DNA of 64,000 nucleotides from Polyangiales bacterium (GTDB lineage: Bacteria; Myxococcota_A; Polyangia; Polyangiales; Ga0077539), in contig JBGARZ010000007.1 in NCBI GenBank assembly GCA_044229975.1, positions 192,001 to 256,000 on the forward strand, read 5' to 3'. Below are positions 29,748 to 38,107 of this stretch, piece after piece (the first letter of the stretch is position 1; each line of letters opens with the position of its first letter). The position numbers were made by a program, and so were the translations under genes. The notes beneath the pieces were generated by a model that searched no databases, was not told the origin of the DNA, and saw only the letters and a list, made by a program, of their open reading frames with translations.

Positions 29748-30230
29748 ATGCCCATCACGCCCCTGCACTTCGGCGCGGCGCTTCCCTTCGAGCTCGCGCT
29801 CCGCGGGCGCTTCTCGACGGTCGCCTTCGTGCTCGCCAACGTCGTGATGGACGTTCAGCCGGTGCTGGCGCTCGGGTTCGGCGTGCCCGTCGCGGTGCAC
29901 GGGTGGACCCACTCGCTGCTCGGCGCGTCGCTCATCGCCGCCGCGCTCACGCTGCTCGCGTGGTGGCTCCCGCGACGCTTCGCCTACGCCGCGGGCTTCT
30001 TCGCCGGGACGCTCACGCACGTCGCGCTCGACAGCCTGATGCACCACGACCTGTGGCCGCTGTGGCCGTGGCGCGAGGGCAACCCCGTCATCGAGCGCGT
30101 CGACGTCGACATCAGCTTCGTGATGATCGCGCCGAGCACGCTGTGGGTGCTCGTGGTGATGTGGCGGGTGCACCGTGACCAGCTCGCCAACCCCGATCGC
30201 CGGTGGCGCGATCGACTGCTGGCGATGTGA
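29748..30230 (+). CDS. Membrane-bound metal-dependent hydrolase-like protein (DUF4184/YdjM-like)
   Basis: MPITPLH, D.QP, HGWTHS, THVALDSLMH, PLWPW. Confidence 0.75.
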   Translation: MPITPLHFGAALPFELALRGRFSTVAFVLANVVMDVQPVLALGFGVPVAVHGWTHSLLGASLIAAALTLLAWWLPRRFAYAAGFFAGTLTHVALDSLMHHDLWPLWPWREGNPVIERVDVDISFVMIAPSTLWVLVVMWRVHRDQLANPDRRWRDRLLAM

Positions 30231-30542
30231 CGACGGATCAGCCGAAGTCGCGCTCGCCCGGCACCACCACGGGCTCGCCCGCGATCGCCCGCGCCGCCTG
30301 CCGCCCAGTCCCGCGACGCCGCTGTTGCCCATCGGCGCGCTCGCACCACCGCGCGCCAGCGCTCGGACGCTGCCGACATCTCCGCGGTCACGGCCGGGAC
30401 CGCGCCCGATCACCTTGTGAGGACGAGCGCCGCGCACGGGCTCAGCGGAGTCGAAGCGTCGCGCCCAATCCCTCGCCCTGTTCAGCACCCATCGAGGCGT
30501 ATCACCAGTGGCGCGGACGGGTCGAGTGGGGCCCACGACAAC

Positions 30543-30580
30543 CACCTCGCGTCGCCACGACGCCTACTCCGAATCCCAGG
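30543..30580 (-). repeat. GTAG-type REP-like repeat, copy 2
   Basis: 38-bp exact match to 27159-27196. Confidence 0.8.
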
Positions 30581-30694
30581 CGCTCTCCCAGGTCGCTGGA
30601 TCAGACCCGCGCCCGCGTCCGGCTCATCTCGTTGCTGGGTTGGGTTCCCCATGCGGTCGTGTCCCAAGTTGAAGCCAAGTGTCCCAAGTTGAGA

Positions 30695-30949
30695 ACCCGC
30701 GTCGCTCACGCCGGAGTTCACCGTGCCGTCCTCGCGCTCACCGCGTCCGGTTCACTCCACGGCTATTTCACGCGGATCGCCCCGCTTGAAGCGGGGCTCC
30801 GTGGCTCGTCATGCGATGATTGGTGGCCCACGATCGGATTCACGGAGCCCCGCTTCGAGCGGGGCGATCCGCGTGAAATAGCCGTGGAGTGAACCGGACG
30901 CGGTGAGCGCGAGGACGGTACGGTGAACTCCGGCATGAGCGACGCAGGT
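30695..30949. repeat. Long hairpin element B (family 1): 109-bp inverted arms, 37-bp spacer
   Basis: Arms 30695-30803 and 30841-30949 (4 mismatches); spacer GCTCGTCATGCGATGATTGGTGGCCCACGATCGGATT; arms clearly homologous to element A. Confidence 0.95.
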
Positions 30950-31101
30950 GTCCTACTTTGGCGGGCGCTCGATAATCGGTGTCCAAACTCGGACACCACT
31001 CCCCATGCGCTCGCGTTGACAGCGGCGATCGGGCGGCGTTCGATCGCGCGCAACGACCCGTCGGAATGGCTCTCGAACGAACCCGCAGGGAGGGTTGATC
31101 G

Positions 31102-31731
31102 ATGCAGTGCGCAAGGTGTGGGCTCGCGAACGGTGAAGGCGCCTGGCAGTGCGCGCAGTGCGGCTCGGCCCTCCAACCCTCGGGGCAACCCTACGCGGGG
31201 CCGCCGCCGTACCTGGGGCCGCCGCCCAGCAAGCCCTTCCCGCTGGCGCTCGTCCTCGGGCTCGTGCTGGGCATTCCGGCCGCGGTCTGCATGCTCGGCG
31301 TGATGGCGGCCATCGCGATCCCCGCCTTCACCCGCTACGTGAAGCGCTCGAAGACCATCGAGGCGACGTCCAACATCGCGGCCATCTATCAGGCCGAGAT
31401 CGCCTACTACAACCGCACGTCCGAGCGCGGCAACGGGCAGTTCCTCGCCGTGGATCCGACCCCGGCGGAGCTGCCATCGGCCGGCAGATACCCCGCTTCG
31501 ACCTCGCCCTGGTTGAGCAATGGCAACTGGGTCGCCCTCGGCTTCTCCGTCCCCACGCCGCACTACTACCAGTACCGCGTGACCACCAGCAACGGTGGGC
31601 AGACCTTCACCGTCACTGCGGTCGGCGACCTCGACGGCGACGGTCGCCATTCGTTCTTCTCTCGCTCCGCGACGGCCTTCAACGGGGAGATCCAGGGCAC
31701 GCCCATCGAGATCACCAACGAGTTGGAGTGA
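31102..31731 (+). CDS. Type IV pilin-like protein with an N-terminal zinc ribbon
   Basis: CARC..CAQC, Pro linker, TM helix, then GVMAAIAIPAFTRYVKRSKTIEA (pilin alpha-1) and FTVTAVGDLDGDG. Confidence 0.8.
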   Translation: MQCARCGLANGEGAWQCAQCGSALQPSGQPYAGPPPYLGPPPSKPFPLALVLGLVLGIPAAVCMLGVMAAIAIPAFTRYVKRSKTIEATSNIAAIYQAEIAYYNRTSERGNGQFLAVDPTPAELPSAGRYPASTSPWLSNGNWVALGFSVPTPHYYQYRVTTSNGGQTFTVTAVGDLDGDGRHSFFSRSATAFNGEIQGTPIEITNELE

Positions 31732-31783
31732 CGGCGCCGCGTCGACGGCGTGCTGCCGCTCGCGGCGGCGACGGCCAACGGAC

Positions 31784-32968
31784 ATGACCCCCGGCGAGGA
31801 CCTCCAGCCGGCGCAGGGCGTCGGGACAAGCGACGAGCGCACCTCCCTGCGTGAGCTCGGGCTGCTCTTCCTGCGGCTCGGAACGACGGCCTTCGGCGGG
31901 CCCGCCGCCCACGTCGCGATGATGCAGGACGAGGTCGTGCGCCGCCGCGAGTGGCTCTCCGAGGAGCGCTTCCTCGACCTCCTCGGCGCGACCAACCTCA
32001 TCCCCGGACCCAACTCGACAGAGATGGCCATCCACATCGGGTGGGAGCGCCGTCGCTGGGCAGGGCTCGCCGTGGCAGGTGTCGCGTTCATCCTGCCGGC
32101 GACGCTCATCACGGGCGCCCTCGGGTGGGCCTACGCGCGCTTCGGCACCGTGCCCTCCGCGCGGTGGCTGCTCTACGGGGTCAAGCCGGTGATCGTCGCC
32201 GTCGTCGTGCAGGCGCTGTGGGCCATCGCCCCGAAGGCCGCGCGCACCGTCAAGCTGCGGGTGCTCGGCGTCGGCGCGGTGACTCTCGCCGCGCTCGGCG
32301 GGCACGAGCTCGCGATCTTGTTCGGGACGGGCGCGGTGAGCCTCCTGGTCGCACGCGCGCGCCCCGCCGAGGGGACGACCCGATCGGCGATGTACCCGCT
32401 CCTCCCCGCGCTCCCCGTCGCGGTGAGCGGCGCCGCGAGCGCGGTGAGCGTCGGGTCGATCTTCTGGCTGTTTCTCAAGACAGGATCGGTGCTCTTCGGC
32501 AGCGGCTATGTGCTCCTTGCGTTTCTGCGCGCCGACCTCGTCGAGCGCCTCCATTGGTTGACCGAAGCCCAGCTCCTCGACGCCATCGCGGTCGGTCAGG
32601 TCACACCGGGACCGGTGTTCACGACGGCGACCTTCATCGGCTACGTCCTCGCGGGGCCACGCGGCGCGCTCGTCGCGACGGCGGGCATCTTCCTCCCGGC
32701 CTTCGTCTTCGTGGCGTTGAGCGGTCCGTTGATCCCGCGGCTGCGCGCCTCCGCGACGGCCGGCGCCTTCCTCGACGGCGTCAACGTCGCGTCGCTCGCG
32801 CTCATGGCGGTGGTGACGGCGCAGCTCGGTCGGGCGGCGCTCGTGGACGCGACGACGGTGCTGCTGGCCGTCGCGAGCGCCGCGCTGCTGGTGCGATGGA
32901 AGGTCAACTCGACGTGGCTGGTGCTCGGCGGCGCGGCGCTCGGATGGGCGCTCCACGGCGCGCGGTAG
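31784..32968 (+). CDS. chrA: Chromate ion transporter (long-chain CHR family)
   Basis: FLRLGTTAFGGPAAH, IPGPNS, GSVLFGSGY, GQVTPGP. Confidence 0.93.
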   Translation: MTPGEDLQPAQGVGTSDERTSLRELGLLFLRLGTTAFGGPAAHVAMMQDEVVRRREWLSEERFLDLLGATNLIPGPNSTEMAIHIGWERRRWAGLAVAGVAFILPATLITGALGWAYARFGTVPSARWLLYGVKPVIVAVVVQALWAIAPKAARTVKLRVLGVGAVTLAALGGHELAILFGTGAVSLLVARARPAEGTTRSAMYPLLPALPVAVSGAASAVSVGSIFWLFLKTGSVLFGSGYVLLAFLRADLVERLHWLTEAQLLDAIAVGQVTPGPVFTTATFIGYVLAGPRGALVATAGIFLPAFVFVALSGPLIPRLRASATAGAFLDGVNVASLALMAVVTAQLGRAALVDATTVLLAVASAALLVRWKVNSTWLVLGGAALGWALHGAR

Positions 32969-33025
32969 GGAACCTCAGCTCCATCGCGATCGAGGTCGTT
33001 GCGTCCGTTCGCGGATGGGGGTCGG

Positions 33026-33634
33026 TCACCCCTGCGCGAGCAGGGCCGCGCGGTACCGTCGCACCGCGCCGGACTGGTCGTCGCCGTCGACGAAGGACGC
33101 GAGCTCCGCGAGGTCGAGCGCCGGGACGAGCTCGCTCCGCGCGATGCGCTCGTAGCCCTTCCCCTTCCGGAGCGCGTACACGTCGATCCGGCCCTCCTCC
33201 CACATCCACAGCTCAGGGACGCGGAGCCCGCGGTACACCTCCACCTTGTCGAGGCTGCCGTGCGTCCACGTGACCTCGATGGCGATGTCGGGCACGGCCC
33301 TGCGCGGCCCGAGCGAGTAGCACTCGTCGGGCTCGACGGCGCGCGCCCGAGCCTTCTTCCGGAGGGTCCACGAGCCGTAGCCGTTGAGGGCGAGGCCGCG
33401 CGCGTCGGCGTAGGCCTCGACGAGACGCGCCAGGCATTTCTTGATGCCCTCGTGATTGAACGATGGGCTCATCAGCTCCAGCTCCCCCTCCAGGTACGTG
33501 ATGCGCACGCCCGACGACTCACCGCGCATGTCGATGAACGCCAGGAGCTGCGCCCAGCTCACGTTGTGCAAGACGATGTGCTGATCGCCCGGGTCTGCCG
33601 TCGCTTCGGCCTGCAACGCGTGCGCGACGCTCAT
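33026..33634 (-). CDS. Uma2 family (DUF820) restriction-endonuclease-like protein
   Basis: VSW..RITYLEGELELMSP..HE; EPDECY; PDIAIEV; YRGLRVPELW. Confidence 0.9.
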   Translation of the reverse strand: MSVAHALQAEATADPGDQHIVLHNVSWAQLLAFIDMRGESSGVRITYLEGELELMSPSFNHEGIKKCLARLVEAYADARGLALNGYGSWTLRKKARARAVEPDECYSLGPRRAVPDIAIEVTWTHGSLDKVEVYRGLRVPELWMWEEGRIDVYALRKGKGYERIARSELVPALDLAELASFVDGDDQSGAVRRYRAALLAQG

Positions 33635-33869
33635 GGTGTCGGCGACTCCAGCATCCGGCCCCGCGCCGTGTCAACGCGACGGTGATTTCAGCGAACACCG
33701 AGCCGTCGCGACCGCGCGGCGCTCGACCACACCGCCACGCCGCGCGACGACATCGCCGTGGTGGTGGCGACATGGCGACCGGGCGGGGTGAGTCGAAGAC
33801 CGTCGAATCGCCGAGGCTGGTGCCGGACGAACGTTGCGCGCCTTCGACGCGCGGCGGTAGCTTCGCCGG

Positions 33870-34244
33870 ATGCTCACCGTCCGCGACGCGCAGCTTGATG
33901 CCTTGCAACTGCAACGGGACGAGAGTGTGCTCCGCGAGCTCGTCGATCACCTGCATCGACGGCTGCCGGAGAGCTGCGCGCGGCTGGGCGGTCGGCGCGA
34001 GCTGCGCGGGTTCGTCGAGCAGGGGCTGCCGCGGGCCCTCGCGCTCGGCGTCCGGTCGGTCGCGACGCTGGCCGCGCTCTTCGAGCTGTGGCTGCAGTTC
34101 GGCGGCGAGCTCGAGCGCAGCCCGCTGCGCGCCTGGTCGCTGACGATCCTCGCGCACCCGATCATGGCCGGAGAGCTCAAGGTCGAGACGATCTGGGCGC
34201 GCCACGACAGCTACACCGAAGGTCGCCGGGTCGTGCCGGCGTGA
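33870..34244 (+). CDS. Small helical hypothetical protein, possible effector adaptor (resembles the DUF4123 C-terminal region)
   Basis: MLTVRDAQLDAL...GL.RA.ALG...FG..LE...W...IL pattern; family assignment is from memory. Confidence 0.6.
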   Translation: MLTVRDAQLDALQLQRDESVLRELVDHLHRRLPESCARLGGRRELRGFVEQGLPRALALGVRSVATLAALFELWLQFGGELERSPLRAWSLTILAHPIMAGELKVETIWARHDSYTEGRRVVPA

Positions 34245-34260
34245 GCGGGGAGCGCGCGCA

Positions 34261-36915
34261 ATGACCCCGTGCGTCAACTGTGGGAGGCCCCTGGTCTGCG
34301 CGTGCGCGAGGACGCAGTCCGCCGGACACGTCATCGCGCGCTGCAACTCGACGAAGGCCGCGATCTGGGCGCTCGCGATCACCGAGTCCGGCAAGTGCGT
34401 CGGCGACGTCAGGATCTCCACCGACGGCGTGGCGCCGGGCGTTCCCACCGACTCGAACGGCGTGGTGCGCTTCGACGGCCTCACCGACGGCGCCACCTAC
34501 CCGGTCACGCTCGCGCGGCTCGAGCCGCCGCACTCCGCCCTCTACGACCTGGTCGGGCCGGTCACCAAGAGCGTCGTCGCCCGGCAGGCGACCATCACGC
34601 AGGTGCTGTTCGTGCTGCCCGAGAAGGCCACCCTGCGCGTCGAGCTGAAGCCGATCGGCTTCGTCGACCTGCCCGGGGCCAAGGTCGTGCTGAGCCGCGT
34701 CGTGTCGCGCAAGTACCAGGACGGTAAGACCACCGTCGAGCTCGAAGAGGTCGCGAAGCTCGCGCACGCCGGCGGCGTGGTCGACTTCGGGGCCCGGCCC
34801 GCGCGCTCCTATCGCATCACCGTGGAGGTCGAGAAGCCGGACGACGCCAGGTACGGCGCCGGCGTCATCGACTTCGAGCTCGCGCCGAAGGAGGACAAGG
34901 TCGTCGAGGTCGAGCTCCACCGGTGGTTCTCGCAGGTGCGCTTCGTCGGGCTGTGCCTCGCGACGGTGGGCCGACAGGTGTGGGCCGGCGACGGGGCGAT
35001 GGCCAAGGACTATGTGACCGAGTGCATGAGCGGTCAGGTCGTCGCCCCCGATCCGACCTCGGTCGCCGACTTCGCGGAACACCTGTCGGACTACTGGGGG
35101 CTGAAGAAGCAGACCCACTGGAAGGCGCGTTACAACGGGCCGAAGCTGGACGTCGACGACATCAAGGCGCGCGTCGGTTACCTGCGCAGCGCCATCGAGA
35201 TGGCGGCGACCAAGGTGTCGTCCGACGACACCGAGCTCAAGGTGTTCGTCGCGCCCGAGTGCTACTTCCTCGGCCGCTACGGCGCCTACCCCCACGAGGT
35301 GTTCGGCGACCTGATCAAGGCCCTCCAAGACCTCGTCGAGGACCCGAAGTGGAGGGCGTGGGTCTTCGTGTTCGGCACCGTCAACGGCTTCTACAAGCTC
35401 GATGGCGACGTCACGCACATGTTCAACATCTCGCCGGTCATCCGCGGCGGGTGGTCCGGCAAGGACGCCAACAAGCACACCCGCCTGTTGCAGAAGTCAT
35501 TCTTCTCGGCCGAAATCATCGCGAGCGCCGACCTCATACCGGCGCCCGACCTCGACCGCCCGCAGATCGTCGAGGAGACCGTGGGCGCGAGCTTCCACAC
35601 CACGCAGAACGACGAGATCGTCGTGAAGCGGGTGCGCGAGATCGCGGCCGACATCGGCGTGGGCGCGATCCAGGACAAGACCAAGATCAACGACTGGATC
35701 ATCGGGCGCTGGGAGAAGGTGAAGGAGTTCGCCGAGCGGGAGCTGGCGAACAGGACCGAGCCGGCCTTCGTCGCCGACCTGCGCGCGACCCCGCCCGAGG
35801 ACGGGCGCCGGGCCCCCAACGTGCCCGACAACGCCAAGGCCGACCTGCGCTACCTGCTGGGCAAGTACCTCGAGCCCGGCACCGCGGAGCGCATCGCCAG
35901 GCCGCGCGACGACACCTTCAACTTCCGGGATTTCACCTTCAGCTGCGTGCGCATCCCCGGCCCGTGGCTCGACGAGACCGCGGTCGGCGAACCGAAGGAC
36001 ACCCGCCACACCAGGCTCACCTTCGCGGTGGAGATCTGCGCCGACCACAACAACGGGCGCGTCATCACCTCGATGGCGTCGGTGGCCGCGCACGAGCGCC
36101 CGGACATCCACGTCGTGCCGTCGGCGGGCATGGTGCTGAACGAGGCGCGCGTGTGCGTCGTCGACCAGGGCTTCGCGTTCAATTGCGACGGCTGGAACGC
36201 GCCGGGGTTCGCCGTCTCGCTCAGCAAGCGCGCGGGCCACATCGTGTTCGAGCTCGACGAGCGCATCCCCCGGAAGTCGGGCGCCAACCCGCTCACGCCC
36301 CACACCGAGCTGACCCAGCGCAACGGGGGCGACCTCGTGTTCTTCAAGGGCGCCATCGACAAGACCGACGTCGGCGAGGACTGCAGCGACATCTTCGGCT
36401 ACCGCACGCCGGACGAGCGGCAGCGCTACGCCGACGACATGGCCGACCTGCGCGAGGGCATCTCCGCGGGCTTCGAGGTCGGCCTCCAGGGCGCGCTGAC
36501 CGAAGCGACGAAGGCGCTCGCGTCCAGGGAGCAGCTGCTGAGCGACCACGACCTCAAGATCACTGCGAAGCAGGAGGAGATCCGCTTGAAGCAGGAGGAG
36601 ATCGTGCAGGCCATGCAGCCACCGCCTTCGAGCGGTCCGAATGCTTCGGGCGGGGTGCCTCCGTCCGTGCCCGACACGAGCGCCCTCGAAGCCCGGAAGA
36701 AGAAGCTCCAGCAGGAACTCGGCGTGCTCGAGCGAAACCGCAAGAACCTGGTGAAGACACGCGACGAAGCGGCCGAGCACGAGCGCGCCGTCCACGAAGC
36801 GCTCGACAACGTGGCCTCGCGCCCGAAGCCGGTCGGCCCGAACCCACCCGAGCCGATGCACGGCGGCCAGCTCCACGTCTACCCCCCGCAGGAGCTGCCC
36901 AAGACCTACGCGTGA
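34261..36915 (+). CDS. Multidomain protein: transthyretin-like beta domains, nitrilase (C-N hydrolase)-like fold and coiled coil
   Basis: TDSNGVVRFDGL..Y.V; KVFVAPECYF (Glu), LLQKSF (Lys), VEICADH (Cys); heptad-rich C-terminal region. Confidence 0.7.
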   Translation: MTPCVNCGRPLVCACARTQSAGHVIARCNSTKAAIWALAITESGKCVGDVRISTDGVAPGVPTDSNGVVRFDGLTDGATYPVTLARLEPPHSALYDLVGPVTKSVVARQATITQVLFVLPEKATLRVELKPIGFVDLPGAKVVLSRVVSRKYQDGKTTVELEEVAKLAHAGGVVDFGARPARSYRITVEVEKPDDARYGAGVIDFELAPKEDKVVEVELHRWFSQVRFVGLCLATVGRQVWAGDGAMAKDYVTECMSGQVVAPDPTSVADFAEHLSDYWGLKKQTHWKARYNGPKLDVDDIKARVGYLRSAIEMAATKVSSDDTELKVFVAPECYFLGRYGAYPHEVFGDLIKALQDLVEDPKWRAWVFVFGTVNGFYKLDGDVTHMFNISPVIRGGWSGKDANKHTRLLQKSFFSAEIIASADLIPAPDLDRPQIVEETVGASFHTTQNDEIVVKRVREIAADIGVGAIQDKTKINDWIIGRWEKVKEFAERELANRTEPAFVADLRATPPEDGRRAPNVPDNAKADLRYLLGKYLEPGTAERIARPRDDTFNFRDFTFSCVRIPGPWLDETAVGEPKDTRHTRLTFAVEICADHNNGRVITSMASVAAHERPDIHVVPSAGMVLNEARVCVVDQGFAFNCDGWNAPGFAVSLSKRAGHIVFELDERIPRKSGANPLTPHTELTQRNGGDLVFFKGAIDKTDVGEDCSDIFGYRTPDERQRYADDMADLREGISAGFEVGLQGALTEATKALASREQLLSDHDLKITAKQEEIRLKQEEIVQAMQPPPSSGPNASGGVPPSVPDTSALEARKKKLQQELGVLERNRKNLVKTRDEAAEHERAVHEALDNVASRPKPVGPNPPEPMHGGQLHVYPPQELPKTYA

Positions 36916-37030
36916 CGCGCGGTCGGCGTCGCGCCGCCCAGCACGGCGCCAGGCCCCGCCGGTAACCGAGGCGCCCACCAGCGCCCGCCGAAGCCCCTCT
37001 CCGTCGCCCCCGCGGCGTCGACTGGCCCCT

Positions 37031-38107
37031 CTACCGCTCCGCCTCCACCCGCACCTGCGCCAGCCCCTGCGCGTCGATGGCCGCCTCCACCTGCGCGCGC
37101 ACCCGCTCGTCCCACCGCGTGCGCGCCGCCTCCCGGGCCTGCTCGTAGCGCTCGCGCATCATCCGGTGCAGCACCCGCCGCCGCACGCTCTCCAGCGCCA
37201 GCGTCTCCGCCTCGCGCCGACCGAGCCGCTGCACCACCGCCCAGCCCGCCACGCGCCGCTGCCTCGGCCTCCGCCTCACCACCACCGTCGTCGTGATGGT
37301 CACCCGCACCGGTCGTTCGGTCACCGCACCATCTTCTGCCAAGGCAAACGCCGCCTCCACCACCGCGCTCCCCACCGCCGCCGGAACCTCCTCCCGCCGC
37401 AGCTCCCCCAGGTCGCCGTGGTCCCTCGCGCGCAGCGGGTCGATGCTCTGCCCGAGGAGGTCTTCGAAGGCCGCCCCCGCGCGCAGCGCCGCGCCCGCCG
37501 TCAGCGCCGCTGCCTGCGTCCGTAGAATCAGCCACCGCGCCCGCACCCTCACCGGTCGCTGGAAGTCGTCCGCGTGCGCCGCGTACCACCGCGCCACCGT
37601 GGCGTCGTCGGGCGTCGTCAGCGCCGCCAGCGTCTCGGCCCGCAGGAGCCCCTCGGCCAGCGCCTCGGTCACCGCGCGGTCGCTCCCGCCGTCCGCCGCC
37701 TCGCGGGCCAGCGCCGCCGCTCCCTCCTCCGCCACCAGCTCGTCGACCAGCGCGCGCGCGCTCAAGGGGGGCAGTCCCTCGCGCGTCCGTCGCCACGCTC
37801 GCAGCGCCACGTCGCACACCGTCAGCCCGACGCCACCGACGCGGGCCACCACCACGGAGGCGTTTTCCGTCTCCACGGGACAACGTCCATTCCAGGCGAG
37901 GGAGACAGCGCCAGCATCGGTTGTCGGGAGAGAGCCCCCGTCGCGCCCAACGGACACCGAAGCGGCAGTGCGGAGGGCCGGCGGGTCACCGGGGAAGGTG
38001 CAGGTCGTCGTGGCCGCCAACACGGTCCAGAGGACAAGTCTGTGCGTCCGGCTGCCGTGGGTTTCAACCCGCGGCGGCCGGGCGCATCGGGTGGTTCCCA
38101 CTTCCAT
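37031..38107 (-). CDS. PpiC/parvulin-type peptidyl-prolyl isomerase-like chaperone
   Basis: RVRARWLI..AFEDL..QSID...GDLG..AAFAL..GWAVV; ATG overlaps the mfd stop (TGATG). Confidence 0.75.
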   Translation of the reverse strand: MEVGTTRCARPPRVETHGSRTHRLVLWTVLAATTTCTFPGDPPALRTAASVSVGRDGGSLPTTDAGAVSLAWNGRCPVETENASVVVARVGGVGLTVCDVALRAWRRTREGLPPLSARALVDELVAEEGAAALAREAADGGSDRAVTEALAEGLLRAETLAALTTPDDATVARWYAAHADDFQRPVRVRARWLILRTQAAALTAGAALRAGAAFEDLLGQSIDPLRARDHGDLGELRREEVPAAVGSAVVEAAFALAEDGAVTERPVRVTITTTVVVRRRPRQRRVAGWAVVQRLGRREAETLALESVRRRVLHRMMRERYEQAREAARTRWDERVRAQVEAAIDAQGLAQVRVEAER

